A DNA stretch of 60,223 bases, the filler included. It is 7 parts of 7 records of this genome, joined end to end, with 100 filler letters (N's around TTAATTAATTAA, not from the genome) between each part and the next. Parts side by side here need not be neighbours in the genome. Positions count along the whole stretch, not along the records: positions 41,938 to 50,657 come from SRR2962707_3449; positions 50,758 to 60,223 come from SRR2962707_3450; 5 more parts are not named here. One strand, given 5' to 3'. The position numbers were made by a program, and so were the translations under genes. The notes under the pieces are model-generated. The model was not told where the DNA came from. It did no database searches and saw only the letters and a list, made by a program, of their open reading frames with translations. Each line of letters begins with the position of its first letter. Positions within the stretch are counted from its first letter, which is position 1. Below are positions 43,640 through 55,597 of this stretch, piece after piece.

Positions 43640-45488
43640 TCACAGCCGGGACGGTACTGGTACCGACAGAGCCATGCGAGCAAATAAGAATCGCCCCGTA
43701 GCTTCGAGGCGGCGCGCCAGCTGCATGCCCATGGCTGTGCTCGGGGTGAGGCACCCATATCGCTGAGGCAGCAAAGGGCGCCCCTCACCATCTGACAGGC
43801 AACACGCATGTATGTTGTGCACATGCTGGTTAATAAGGAAGTCACGGGGGCGAACCCTTGCATTCAGATCACATCGCTCGCCGATGCGCCCACATCCATC
43901 ATACCAATACCCTCCCGCATACCTTTGCGTCCCTCATCCAAGGCCAGGCACAGCGCTGACTCCGCAAGCATAACGGCAGTGGCGGAGTATCCAGGATCAC
44001 CGAGTCCTGCAACGCGAACACGAGCTTGCTCGCCGGTGTGCTCATTTTCGGCGAAAAATTCCATCGCAAAGCTGCCATCTTTCTGAACGGACTCGCTTGG
44101 ACCCTCGCCGGGCTTGAGCAGCAGGTGGGACACACACACACGCACACACATACACGCGTGCGCACCAGCACGCACGCACATTGCACAAAATGCGTCACGT
44201 GAGCGCAGCTATTTGAACATCGCACAAAATCCTGCATCGCCAACACACGAAGTCCACAGCATACTGTTTAAACATGCGTCCACCCAGCGACGCACTTTTT
44301 GGCTGCTCATCGTGTAGAACGAAGGCAAGTGTGTTGCCGCAAACCAGCCCATCCGTGCAGCACCCCCAATAGAAAGTGCCTCGTTGAACCTACGCACATT
44401 CCCCACACTTCTGTGACTAACGTGCACGCCTTAATTAAAAGAAACATGATTCATGTACATGGTTCATCCATAACCAAAAAAGAACCACATAATCCAGGAC
44501 TTACGATGTTGCCTGTCCTCGCAGGCACATGGAGCGTCGAACTACTCGGCAGTCAATCATGCTCATTAGGTAAGGGAGGGTGACCGTCCCAAACACACTG
44601 CTCCATTTTACGGAGCGTTGACCGCCAGAAGTACCAAGAGCGTCCACACGGAGCGGGTGCTCCGGGAGCGAATCTCCAGCTGCATGCGCATATCAGCAGT
44701 AAACACAGGATTTGAGTGCAGGCATTCATAGAAGCGAGCGCGGCTGCTATTTCCGAGCGCAGTTGCTCAAGGAACGTACGAGCGGCAGATCCAACGATGT
44801 CGAAGGCTAGCGCGTAAGGGTCGTCTGGGTAACCCGCTGCCCGTTCTTCTCGCTGCTTCCGGGTGATTTCCTGAAGCGACGCAAGAGTGCCACCAGAAGC
44901 ACTTCCATTCGCCTTGGTGGCCAGCGCCAAAACCTTGGTGGCAGGACCACTCGGAAGCTGCGACGAAGCCATGAATGATCCAATGTCCACGGGAATGCAG
45001 TCGAAGCCACAGTGGAAAACAATTTTGCAGCCAGCTGCTTCAGCGGCCTGATGGTGGGCCCGGATCATGTCCCGAGCCCAAAGCACCTCCCCCGTCAAGT
45101 CACAATAATGAGTGCCTTGAGCCACACAAGCTGCGACGAGCTCAGACCCATACAACGTGTACGGGCCAACAGTGGAGGCGATGACTTTTGTCTGGCGGGC
45201 CATCTCGTCCAGCGACGAGCGGTCTGAACTGTCGGCCACAATGCGAGGGACCGAGGCCGGCACGCAAGTAAGCGCGTCGAGTTTCTCCCTAGATCTTCCA
45301 GCAATGGCCCACCGGCAATTCAACTTTCCTTCTGCTTGAGACCGGGCGATATACGCAGCAGTGAGCTCGCCAGTGAAGCCGGTGGCTCCGAATACGACGA
45401 CGTCGAAAGGCCGCTCGGGGCTCTCATCACGGCGCCTCGCGGCTTGGCTGATTTGCGCCACTGCATCGTGTTCCTCAAAGGTGGCCAT
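43640..45488 (-). CDS. Saccharopine-dehydrogenase-like oxidoreductase (SCCPDH / trans-acting enoyl reductase family); exons 45488-44780, 44679-44505, 44389-44296, 44112-43923, 43791-43640; 439 aa
   Basis: VVFGATGFTG, WAIAGRS, TVGPY, YCDLTGE, CGFDCIP.D, RVVRRS, PGEGPS, GDPGY, LTPSTAMG; four GT-AG introns give an in-frame 1320-nt CDS. Confidence 0.85.
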
Positions 45489-46474
45489 CGATCCCAGGGG
45501 TCGAGCTACGCGAAAGACTGAGGAAGAACGGCGCGCAACGCGAAGAATCAGCAACGTCTTGAAAGAATTCTTGTCGTGGAAGGTATCTGCTACACACACC
45601 ACTAAAAACACACTGCAAATACGTCGAGTTCAAAAAAAAAAAAAACGCGAAATAGCAAAATTAACACCAAAACACAGACAGACAGAACAGAACCAAACAG
45701 CACAAAAAAAAAACAAAAAAAAGCAAAACAAACAACCCAAAACAAAACAAAAAAGGCGCTCGAGCCGACACTTTTCGCACGGCATGCAGGAGAACAAGCA
45801 AAAACACTCATGCGCATGTATGTATGTTATTTATGGTATGTTTGTAGTGTATGTGTCTGTAAGTGTGGCCTTGCCACGAGCAGAGGAGCAGGCAGCTCTC
45901 GTGTTGGAAGTAAGGAGTGGCAAGGCCGCGAGAACGACTGAGAGTGGGTGCGAGGGTGAGCGTGAGTGTGAGCGTGGAGTGAGTGAGCGAGGATGACGCC
46001 ACACCCAACAACACAACACGACGCATGAAGGCGGGAAAATATACGTCATATCTACCACAATGACGTCATGATAAATACGGGATGTGCGGATTTGCACACG
46101 GAAAAGCAAGCGCCCAGACGAGCGCCCGCCGGACGGACGTTCGGCTTCGAAACCTGGTTTGAAAAAGTCTGGAAGTAGAAAGAAGGTTTCAAAGCCGAAT
46201 AATTTGCCGAGAGCGCGGGAGCAAGCAAGCAAGAGAGTGCGAAACGAAAGTGGCAAAGGCCGCGTGGTGCTGTGTTTGTTTCTTCTTCTTTTTCTGAGTG
46301 GTCGGTTGTGATTTTCAACACAAATCATTCTTTCAAGGTTGCTTTTCTTTTCGTTGCTTGCCCCGCGGCAAGTTTTGAGCAGGACCTGGAGCGCTCAACA
46401 CTGTGCATGATGGAAATTAGCGTAGGTCGGCGCATGATGCTTTACGCTCACGGCAGTGGCTCCTTGATCTGAAG

Positions 46475-48106
46475 ATGTCGTCAAAAAAACTGAGCCGGCT
46501 TGCGTTGGCGGAAAGCACCCGTGACAGCGTTGCTGCAGCAGCTCGTCGGGGCGTTCACAAGCTGACAACTGTGGCGGACGTGTTGCACTTTTCGGAGTTT
46601 GAGCTCGTGGAGCTGTTGAATATTTCACAGACGCAAGCAGCTGAGCTGCTAGAAGTCGCAAGCCAAACAGCCGCGCCCAAGGGCACGACAGCGCTTGCCT
46701 TGCACCTCGAGCAGAGCCGTAAAATCAGAACTGGTGTCTCACAACTGGACGAAGCCCTGTGCGGAGGAGTGCGATGCGGGGAAATCACCGAAGTCGCAGG
46801 GACAGCGGGATCTGGCAAGACCCAGTTTTGCCTCTCATTGGCATGCTTTGCGGTTGTGAACCGTGCCAAAGAGCACGGCAAGACTTCTGACGACGAGGGG
46901 CTATCTAAGCAGGCATGCACGTCCCACATGGGTACGTGGTTTGACACGCGAAGCAATTTCTCCGTTTTGCACGAGGATCCACGAGTTTGCTCGTGGTTTT
47001 ACATCTCGCGTTTTTTCGGAAGTTTGGTTCCCAGCCAATTCATTGATGCTGCTTTTTTGGATTGAATGTGGTTCCTAGAATTATCTGGGGTTGTGTACTT
47101 TGACACGGAAGGCATGTTTAATGCTGGTCGTGTTCGTGGGATTGCCAGGGCCCGCTTTGGCCGGGCAATGGGTGATGTTCGTGTCTGTTTGTTGGCTCTG
47201 TTTGCCGGCTATTCACGTCATTGCCAGCTGTGGTTTATTGTGCAGACATGCGTTCTTTCGGCGGGTTTTGCTGCGGCAGGTTTTCGCTTACACTGATGAA
47301 GACGATGCGCTCGACGCATTGTTGTCGCGTATTTTCGTTTTCAGAATCCATTCCCTCAAGGAGTTTCTTCATCAACTTAGCATTTTGGAGCACTCTTTTC
47401 TGATCGAGAACCCAACAACCCTCATCGTGGTTGATTCGATTCCGTCCTTAATTGAAAAGGTGCCGGACTTCAATGGCCATGTGCCTGTGCTGTGTATGTT
47501 GGGAACTTTGTCGTGATTGTTGAAAGTTCGTGCTGCCCCTGTGTTCGCAGGAAGCCATCGGCATGCAACAAAGGCAGCAAACTCTTGGCGAAATAGCAGC
47601 GAGACTGAAGTTTTTGGCTGAAAGTTTCGGTGTCGCTGTCGTTGCCACCAACCACGTTGTCACAGCCCATTCACATCTGCAATCCCGAAGCTCTTTTGGG
47701 GCACCCTTTTCGCGTGCGGTGACCCACAGCCTAGCCAACGCGGTCACTCCTGGATGTAGCGGCGGAGGTTTGCTTGATTTGTTTGACGATGACGACGACC
47801 CTGCTGCGGTGGCACTTGGGAATACCTGGTCGCACTGCGTGAACACAAGGTTTGTGATTGCCGCGACGTCGCGTTTTGACCAGTTGCCTGGGGCTGATAA
47901 TGTCGAGGACCACGAAACACGAGACAAGCCAGTGGTCTTGTCTGTTCACAAATCACCGCTGCTGGGGTCGGTATTTCTATTGACCGACGTTTGTGACTTG
48001 TGGTTGTTTGTCGTGTGTCGTCTCGCCTTCACAGTGCCGTTTGGCTTCGTGTTGCTCTGGACAGGCCGTGCGCTTTCGCCTGCGCAATTGGAGTTCGTGG
48101 GTTTAG
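46475..48106 (+). CDS. RAD51B: RAD51 paralogue, RAD51B-like; exons 46475-46931, 47079-47176, 47280-47459, 47551-47970, and tentatively 48065-48106
   Basis: Walker A GTAGSGKTQ, VVYFDTE, Walker B LIVVDSI, VVATNHV, ALGNTWSHCVNTR; last exon uncertain. Confidence 0.8.
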
Positions 48107-48268
48107 TGGACGTGGCCAGTTTAAACGGATTTGAGGATGCACGGACCGCAGAACTGGTGTGGCGTTCGATGCGGGCATGCAGGAAACTGTAATGAACATG
48201 CGTCGGACATGTGTCAGTTGTTTTTGTCTTTTTACTAAAAATCAGTCTGTCGTTCACTTCGAATGTCT

Positions 48269-49431
48269 TTACGGTGTTTTCGAAGCTGGCTCGGGGGAGC
48301 GCACTTTCGACTCGGATCCGCCTGAGGCGAGTCGTGCGCTTGCCGGGCGTGCTTTTCCCGGAGTGCCGGGGCGTGGGGACAGTGCAGGGGACGATGAGGC
48401 CGAGTGAACTTCGCCAAAGGCACGAATTGGCGAGTGTACAACGTCATTTTTTGTAATTCGGGAGCCAGAGTGGATTCGGGCCTAACGAAGCAAAGTAGGT
48501 ACCCGCATCACTACATGGACAAGCAAAAGGCATGGCGACACAATGCGTGGTCGTTGCGGTACCCTGGTTACGCACTTGTTCGGGCTTTTTCTTTAGTGCG
48601 CTTTTGTCATTGTACTCCTTCGCCCATTGTGCCTTTTGAAACAGTAGTTTGTCTTGCAGCATTTTTCTGTGTTTGGCCAGTGTGTTGGCTGCCATTTTGC
48701 GGTCTTCAATCTTCTTGTACCTGCGAGATGTTTCGCTTCATGGTAAAATACCGCTGCTCACAAACTCCATGGCGGGAAAGCGACGACAAAGCGCATACTT
48801 ACTTGTCAGCAATGCGTGCCTGAGCGGCGGCTGCACGGAAATCTGGGCGTGCCTTTGTGAACACAACGCGTTCTTTCCATTTCCGGTTCTTGCGGCCCTT
48901 GGCAGTTTTGATGGCAGCAATCACCGCCTGTTGCATCTTTGCTGTTTTGCTCAGTCTCGCCTCCATTCGCTCCGCAATGTTTCTGGTTTCCTGCGTATTG
49001 GCCTCACTTTGGCGTTCACGGATCTTCTGAGCGCGCTGCATGGCCCGCTCGTTCAGCCTTTTCCGCTGAATCGCATACTGACTCATTTTCTTTTCTTTGG
49101 CACGCACACGCTCCTCGTCTTTTTGCTTTGCCGTTTTGAGCTCTTGCAGACGCTGCTGCTTGATCAGGGCCTGGCGCTCCGCCGTTTCTTCCGCAGTGAG
49201 AAGAATCTGCTGATTGCGCTTGGCGAGGCGGCGCTTGAGAATCAGCTTCTGTTTTTTTCCTTTGGCAAGCACGGCGAGGCGTTTCCGTTCAATAGAAGCA
49301 TTCAGCTGCTTCCGTTCCTCCGAGTGCGTCTCGCTGAGGTGGAGTCTCTTGCGGCGCGAATCTTCCTGGCGCTGAGCAGATCGAAGCGCACGCTCGTGCA
49401 TGTGCTGCAGCCGCTTGAGTTCCTCCTCCAT
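48269..49431 (-). CDS. Hypothetical basic coiled-coil protein; exons 49431-48803, 48720-48576, 48481-48269
   Basis: K/R/E/Q-rich helical sequence from MEEELKRLQ; GTAAGT and GTGCGT donors give an in-frame 987-nt CDS ending in an S/P-rich tail. Confidence 0.6.
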
Positions 49432-50627
49432 GGCGTTGGTTTCACGAAGTGGAGCACCGCAAATCACACGCACACGCAAGCACGCAGGCAGCAAAAGAAC
49501 CAAAAGCAACAGGAACACAACCCGGCTTCCAAAGGGTGCAGTTGCGTTGAAAGAGAGGAGACTCGGTTTTGGCGGGCACTTGAAGACCTCGACCCACGCG
49601 ACCCGAGACGAACCCGAAAGCAAAGACCGCACCGGCAAACAACCGCCAAGCAAGGAAACCAAAAAGGCAACACAGCCAAGACGACGCGGCGCACGCAAAA
49701 GAAAGACAGGCAAAAACAGTCAACGCAAAAGCAAAAAAAAACGATTTCACACGGGCTCGGATTCACTTTACGCTAGCCGCAGCTCAAAACGTCGCGGTGC
49801 CGCGTGAGGTGAACACATACCACGTCGCCAGCGCCCCCCTCTGCTGATACCTACACTTTCATTTTCGGAACAGAGGATGTAGCATCCATCCACTTTGTTG
49901 GAGTTGTCGCAGAACGCGACACACGGGAAGGACAAAGAAGCAAGGAAGACTGCAGTTGCTCTCCTTCTTGCAGTCAGCGAGTGGGAGTGCCACAACGTTC
50001 GCCTGCAAAGACAACAACAGCAGAAGTCAAAGTGTTGCGCAACGTACAGCTGATGACTTTGCATTTGTACAGCACGCTTTTCAAACGATGCACATGGGCT
50101 ACAACATGCGCTGCTCACTCCTTGCGATGCAATAATTGCGCTTCTCTTCAATTGCTGCGCTTTTAACGGCCTGGTACTACTATTGTGAGCGTCACAGTGA
50201 TCTTGTCGCTTTCCAAGCTTCTACTCAGCGTTGTTGAACCGTTTGCGTGCCCTGTATCTCGGCAATTTTACGAACTGCTGTAGCTTCCGTATCCAAAGGG
50301 ATTGCTTACAATACTATGGTGTTTTACAGAGTCCAAGTCGTGCCCTATGCTGCGGAAGCCACCAGATGACGGTGGCGTTCACCTTCACCAGATCACGCCC
50401 GGAGTGCGCGTTGGCAGGTGTGAGGTACACGGCGGTAAAGACCACACTAACTCCGCTGCGGCACTTCACTACATAGAGAGCGCAAAAGTGCAGAGGATAC
50501 GATCCGCTCCCTTCCTACTCCCCCCTGGGCGTTACAAGGCCGCTGCGTCCAGCGCGTTTGTTCTGATGTCGTGAGCTTGTGAGCTTGTGAGGTGTGCGCG
50601 GCGTGCGTTGGCATTCTACCATTCGGA

Positions 50628-50657
50628 TCTCCCTCTCTCTCTCTCTCTCTCTCTCTC
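50628..50657. repeat. (CT)n microsatellite at contig end
   Basis: CT dinucleotide run up to the linker. Confidence 0.95.
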
Positions 50658-50757
50658 NNNNNNNNNNNNNNNNNNNNNNNNNNNNNNNNNNNNNNNNNNN
50701 NTTAATTAATTAANNNNNNNNNNNNNNNNNNNNNNNNNNNNNNNNNNNNNNNNNNNN
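50658..50757. other. Artificial contig linker
   Basis: 44 N + TTAATTAATTAA + 44 N. Confidence 0.99.
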
Positions 50758-50789
50758 CTGTTTAAAGGGATCTGACCCCTTTTAGCTCA

Positions 50790-50818
50790 TAAAAAAGACG
50801 CTCTTCGGCGTCTTTTTT
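50790..50818. terminator. Intrinsic terminator downstream of fbp
   Basis: AAAAAAGACGC-TCTTCG-GCGTCTTTTTT. Confidence 0.85.
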
Positions 50819-50873
50819 GATTTCAATAAAGCTATCCACATTGAGCCCAAATTCGCTCAATGTTTTTTAATTG

Positions 50874-51833
50874 TTAATAACTTAGGCACTTATCCACTTC
50901 GTTGGCGGCGCCAAGTATGACGGCAACACGTTGGTGAATGGCGCTAGGCTGGATATCCAGAATACGATCTGTATGAGTGTGTGCTTTACCGCCAGCTTGC
51001 TCTAATAACATGGCCATTGGGTTGGCTTCATACATGAGGCGAAGTTTGCCTGGTTTGCTTGGGTCTTTTTTATCCCATGGGTAAAGAAATACACCACCGC
51101 GACATAAAATACGGTGTACGTCACCGACCATAGCAGCCACCCAGCGCATGTTGAAGTCCTTGTTTCTACGGCCTTCTTTGCCTTTAACAAGGTCGTCGAC
51201 GTAGTTTTGTATGCTGTCAGACCAAAAACGTTGGTTGGACATGTTAATGGCGAATTCTTGTGTCTCAGGCTGAATAGAAACGCCTTTTTCGGTTAACAAA
51301 AAGGTGTTGGTTTTAGGGTCAAGGGTAAACATATTCACGCCGTCGCCTGTGGTTAATACCAGCATGCTAGAAGGGCCATATAGTACGTAACCTGCCGCCA
51401 CTTGTTCTTTACCAGGGATCAAAAAGTCTTTTTCTTCGGCTGGGTTATCCCCAATTTGACGGTAAATGGAAAAGATGGTGCCAACCATGGCATTGATGTC
51501 GATATTAGAAGAGCCATCAAGCGGGTCAAAAGCGATTAAGTATTCGCCATTGGTGTTAGCTGGCACAATGTCCTCTTCTTCTTCTGATGCGATTGCACGC
51601 ACTGCTGGGCAGGCAAGCAATGCGTCTTTGAGCATGTCGTTTGAGATAACATCAAGTTTCTTTTGTTCTTCACCTTGGACATTTTCATTACCAGCCATGC
51701 CTAAAATACCAGCAAGTGAGCCTTGTTTCAGTACGTCAGAAATAGCAACGCAGGTATCTGTCGTTTGGATCAATACCGTTTGAAGAGAGTCTGCAACGGA
51801 ACTGGATGCTAACACTTGAGAAAGGTTTTGCAT
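50874..51833 (-). CDS. fbp: Fructose-1,6-bisphosphatase class 1
   Basis: [35 protein letters not shown]. Confidence 0.98.
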   Translation of the reverse strand: MQNLSQVLASSSVADSLQTVLIQTTDTCVAISDVLKQGSLAGILGMAGNENVQGEEQKKLDVISNDMLKDALLACPAVRAIASEEEEDIVPANTNGEYLIAFDPLDGSSNIDINAMVGTIFSIYRQIGDNPAEEKDFLIPGKEQVAAGYVLYGPSSMLVLTTGDGVNMFTLDPKTNTFLLTEKGVSIQPETQEFAINMSNQRFWSDSIQNYVDDLVKGKEGRRNKDFNMRWVAAMVGDVHRILCRGGVFLYPWDKKDPSKPGKLRLMYEANPMAMLLEQAGGKAHTHTDRILDIQPSAIHQRVAVILGAANEVDKCLSY

Positions 51834-51980
51834 GGTCTGAAATATCCTTGTTTTTAGAGGTTGTGGAAATTATGCCACCCTAGGGGGAGAGTGTCAGCTG
51901 AGTCTGTTAAATGCTTTAAAATAAATAGGGAATCGTCGTTTTTTCGGATAATCTACGCACAACGAGTTTAGGGAATTACT

Positions 51981-52952
51981 ATGTCGGATTTTATTGTTCA
52001 TCACTTAGAGCTAAATGGTCAGGGTGGCGCAACCCTGCTAGATCATCACAATTTACCAACGCAGGTGCCTAAAGAAGGCAGCCGTTGGGTGCATATTGAT
52101 TTTAGTAAAGGGGGGGCAAGAGAGTGGCTTTCCGGCATGGAGGATATTCCTGAAGCTGTGGTAGATGCTTTGTTTGCTGATGAAACGCGTCCACGCTCTA
52201 CGAAAATAGGTCAGGGCGTGTTGGTGACTTTGCGGGGTGTGAATTTAAACCCCGGTTCTAATCCCTCCGATATGGTGTCTTTACGTTTGTGGGTGACACC
52301 GCATTTTATTATTTCTAGCCGTCGTCGACGTCTGTTGTCTGTGCAAGACATCGTAAAAGACCTCATTAACAACGAAGGGCCGATTAATACCGCAGATTTG
52401 ATGGCCACGCTTACCCAAACTCTAACCATTCGAATGGCGTCGGTGATTGATGACTTAGAAGATGAGTTGGCGGAGTTGGAAGAAAACCTGATCCAAAACA
52501 CCGTAGAATCTGATCAACGCAGTACCTTGGTTCAGCGCCGTATTGAAACCGTCCGATTGCGCCGTTTTTTAGTGCCGCAAAAAGAAGCGATACAGCGTTT
52601 AGCGGTGGAGTCTCAAACCTGGCTAACCAAGGAGCAAGTGGTGCTGATCCAAGAGTCAGCAAACGACATTACTCGCTATGTGGAAGCCTTAGAGTCGCTT
52701 CGTGAGCGCTGTTTGTTCATGCAAGAAGAGTTTGTGAACTTGCAGTCTGAGAAGATGAACGCACGCATGTATGTGTTGTCGATCTTGTCGGGTATTTTCT
52801 TGCCGTTAGGTTTTCTAACCGGTTTATTTGGCATCAATATTGGTGGCATGCCGGGGACTGAAAGTGGTGCGGCCTTTTGGTTGTTCTGTGGTGTATTGGC
52901 GATTTTGGGCGTGGGCCAGTTTGTCATTATGCGAAAAAGTCGCTGGTTTTAA
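51981..52952 (+). CDS. zntB: ZntB/CorA family metal transporter
   Basis: ETRPR, LRGVNLNP...DMVSLR, FLPLGFLTGLFGINIGGMPG (GIN motif). Confidence 0.9.
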   Translation: MSDFIVHHLELNGQGGATLLDHHNLPTQVPKEGSRWVHIDFSKGGAREWLSGMEDIPEAVVDALFADETRPRSTKIGQGVLVTLRGVNLNPGSNPSDMVSLRLWVTPHFIISSRRRRLLSVQDIVKDLINNEGPINTADLMATLTQTLTIRMASVIDDLEDELAELEENLIQNTVESDQRSTLVQRRIETVRLRRFLVPQKEAIQRLAVESQTWLTKEQVVLIQESANDITRYVEALESLRERCLFMQEEFVNLQSEKMNARMYVLSILSGIFLPLGFLTGLFGINIGGMPGTESGAAFWLFCGVLAILGVGQFVIMRKSRWF

Positions 52953-52997
52953 GCAGCGACTTTTCAAGCAGTTTTTTTGATAAGCGTCGTGCGGCGC

Positions 52998-53669
52998 TTA
53001 TTTCTTCAGCGTTTTCACGCCTTCTTTTGTCGCCAGTAACAACACATCCGCAGAGCGTTTTGCGAACAAGCCATTGGTGACTACACCGACAATCCCATCG
53101 ATGCTTTTTTCGAGTGCGATAGGGTCAAGAATATCAAGATTGTAAACGTCTAAAATGTGGTTGCCGTTATCCGTAACCACACCTTCACGGTAGACTGGGT
53201 CGCCACCTAGTTTGACCATTTCTCTGGCAACATGACCACGCGCCATTGGAATGATTTCTACGGGTAGTGGGAAGTCGCCCAAGACATTGACCAGTTTCGA
53301 TTCATCGGCAATACAAACGAATAGCTCACTGCACGCAACGACGATTTTCTCACGAGTAAGAGCGGCGCCACCCCCTTTAATAAGGTGTAAGTGGTGATCA
53401 GACTCATCGGCTCCATCTACATAGACGCGAATCTCAGGCACGCTGTTTAACTCGTAAACAGGAATGCCGTGGCCTTTTAGTCGCTCAGCGGACGCTTCTG
53501 AGCTAGCCACTGTGCCATCAAACATCTGCTTGTGCTTAGCAAGGACATCGATAAAAAGGTTGGCGGTAGAACCGGTACCAACGCCGACAATGGTGTCGCG
53601 GTCTAGCATTGGCAGAATGTATTCAACAGCGGCTTCTGCTACTGCTTGCTTAAGTTCGTCTTGGGTCAT
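52998..53669 (-). CDS. rpiA: Ribose-5-phosphate isomerase A
   Basis: [26 protein letters not shown]. Confidence 0.98.
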   Translation of the reverse strand: MTQDELKQAVAEAAVEYILPMLDRDTIVGVGTGSTANLFIDVLAKHKQMFDGTVASSEASAERLKGHGIPVYELNSVPEIRVYVDGADESDHHLHLIKGGGAALTREKIVVACSELFVCIADESKLVNVLGDFPLPVEIIPMARGHVAREMVKLGGDPVYREGVVTDNGNHILDVYNLDILDPIALEKSIDGIVGVVTNGLFAKRSADVLLLATKEGVKTLKK

Positions 53670-53954
53670 GCTTCTAGAGCCTTTTCTTATGTTTTATGCG
53701 GGGCTATTTTCTCGCAAATAGCCTCCTCTGAGGGTGGTCATATTATAAGCATATCGATGGGGGAATGTTAGCCCGAAAAAAATAGCCAATTTGCCAATTT
53801 GCTGCGCTTTTTATTAGCCGTAAAGGGGATCTGTCTTTGCGCGATACAAGGCGAAAGAGTATATTTCATGTTCCGTTTTTTTAGATGACTGATATCAGTG
53901 ATGGGATTTTTATGAATCGCCACACTGGTCATTGTAATTCGCTTAGGAAGCATT

Positions 53955-55460
53955 ATGCCCCATACCATGATCAAAAAAATTCTACAGGCGCGTGTATACG
54001 ACGTGGCCGTAGAAACACCACTGACTCGCGCCAATCAACTTTCTAGTCGATTAGGCAACGAGATTATTTTGAAGCGCGAAGATCTACAACCTGTTTTCTC
54101 GTTCAAAATTCGTGGGGCATACAACAAAATTTGTCAGCTAACCGCCGAAGAACGCGCTTGCGGCGTCATTGCCGCTTCTGCTGGTAACCATGCGCAAGGC
54201 TTGGCGTTGGCTGCGAAAAAGCTTGGTATTCAAGCGACCATTGTGATGCCAGCGACCACACCTGAAGTGAAAGTGAACGCAGTACGTAACCACGGTGCTG
54301 AGGTGGTATTGTTTGGTGATGCCTTTGATGAAGCGTCGGCGAAATCGCGTGAAATCATGGAAAAGACAGGCCAAGTGTATGTTCACCCCTTTGATGATCT
54401 CGATACCATTGCCGGTCAAGGCACCATAGGTATGGAAATCCTGCGTCAACATGAAGGCGATATAGACGCCATTTTTATCCCAGTTGGCGGCGGTGGTTTG
54501 ATTGCTGGTGTGTCGGCGTACATTAAGTACCTTCGTCCTGACATCAAGATCATTGGTGTTGAGCCTCAAGACGCGGCGTGTCTCAAAGCGGCGTTAGAAA
54601 AAGGCGAGCCAACGCGCTTAGCCACGGTCGGTATTTTTGCCGAAGGGGTGGCGGTTGCAGAAATTGGCAAAAATACCTTTGAGATCGCGAAAAACACCGT
54701 GGATGAAGTCATTACCGTGACGACCGATGAGATGTGCGCGGCGATCAAAGACATTTACGATGACACTCGCGCCATCACTGAGCCTGCTGGCGCCTGTGCC
54801 CTAGCGGGTTTGAAAAAGTACATTGAACGCGAAGGCGCGAAAGGTCAGACCTTATTGGCGATTAACAGCGGGGCGAACGTGAATTTTGACCGCCTACGCC
54901 ATGTCTCTGAGCGTGCCGAGCTGGGCGAAAAGCGTGAAGCCATTATTGCCGTTAAAATCCCCGAAGCGCCAGGCAGCTTTAAAGATTTCTGCCAAGCCTT
55001 GGTCGGCCGTAATATTACTGAATTTAATTACCGCTATGGCAATGACAAACAAGCCGTTATTTATGTTGGCGTGGCATTGGGTGGCAGCCCTCATAGTCGT
55101 CAGGACTTGTTGGCAGACCTCAAAGATTACGAAATCATCGACCTAACAGACGATGAAACCACTAAGGTCCATGTGCGCCATATGATTGGTGGTCACTTAC
55201 GTAGCGACAAGGGCGAACTGCTGTACAGTTTTGAGTTTCCCGAACGCCCTGGTGCTTTGCTTAAGTTTTTAAACACACTGGGCGGGCAATGGAATATTTC
55301 TATGTTTCATTACCGTAACCACGGCGATGCTTACGGACGTGTATTGGTTGGTTTGCAGGCGGTGGGTGAAGAAACTGACGTGACCCATTATTTGGACGAG
55401 TTGGGCTACCCTTACGAAGATGAAAACAACAACGAAGCGTGCAAGCTGTTCTTTCGCTAA
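53955..55460 (+). CDS. ilvA: Biosynthetic threonine ammonia-lyase
   Basis: KREDLQPVFSFKIRGAYN, SAGNHAQG, GGGGL, ACT domains, FPERPGAL. Confidence 0.98.
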   Translation: MPHTMIKKILQARVYDVAVETPLTRANQLSSRLGNEIILKREDLQPVFSFKIRGAYNKICQLTAEERACGVIAASAGNHAQGLALAAKKLGIQATIVMPATTPEVKVNAVRNHGAEVVLFGDAFDEASAKSREIMEKTGQVYVHPFDDLDTIAGQGTIGMEILRQHEGDIDAIFIPVGGGGLIAGVSAYIKYLRPDIKIIGVEPQDAACLKAALEKGEPTRLATVGIFAEGVAVAEIGKNTFEIAKNTVDEVITVTTDEMCAAIKDIYDDTRAITEPAGACALAGLKKYIEREGAKGQTLLAINSGANVNFDRLRHVSERAELGEKREAIIAVKIPEAPGSFKDFCQALVGRNITEFNYRYGNDKQAVIYVGVALGGSPHSRQDLLADLKDYEIIDLTDDETTKVHVRHMIGGHLRSDKGELLYSFEFPERPGALLKFLNTLGGQWNISMFHYRNHGDAYGRVLVGLQAVGEETDVTHYLDELGYPYEDENNNEACKLFFR

Positions 55461-55597
55461 AAACGTGAAAATCGGTTATCATTACCGCACTCTAACTTTC
55501 TGAATTCAGCCCTCTGTTTGTGAACATGAGCAGAGGGTTGTGTGATTCTGGCAGTCGCTTCGAATGAGCTGATTGTCTACTGTTTAAAAGGTCTCCT

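Noticed and set aside
45361..45996. Lys/Gln-rich 211-aa ORF
   Set aside because: Arises from A-rich intergenic tracts and overlaps the oxidoreductase start antisense
48649..49776. 375-aa plus-strand ORF
   Set aside because: Antisense of the coiled-coil gene plus A-rich low-complexity DNA
49432..50627. About 1.2 kb without a convincing gene; checked by eye for tRNA, snRNA or exons
   Set aside because: No recognisable RNA fold, protein motif or consistent splice model; cannot be excluded without a covariance-model or transcript search
5608..50757. Six identical TTAATTAATTAA motifs flanked by N runs as a biological repeat
   Set aside because: Fixed 44N-12-44N format with stops in all frames is a synthetic contig separator
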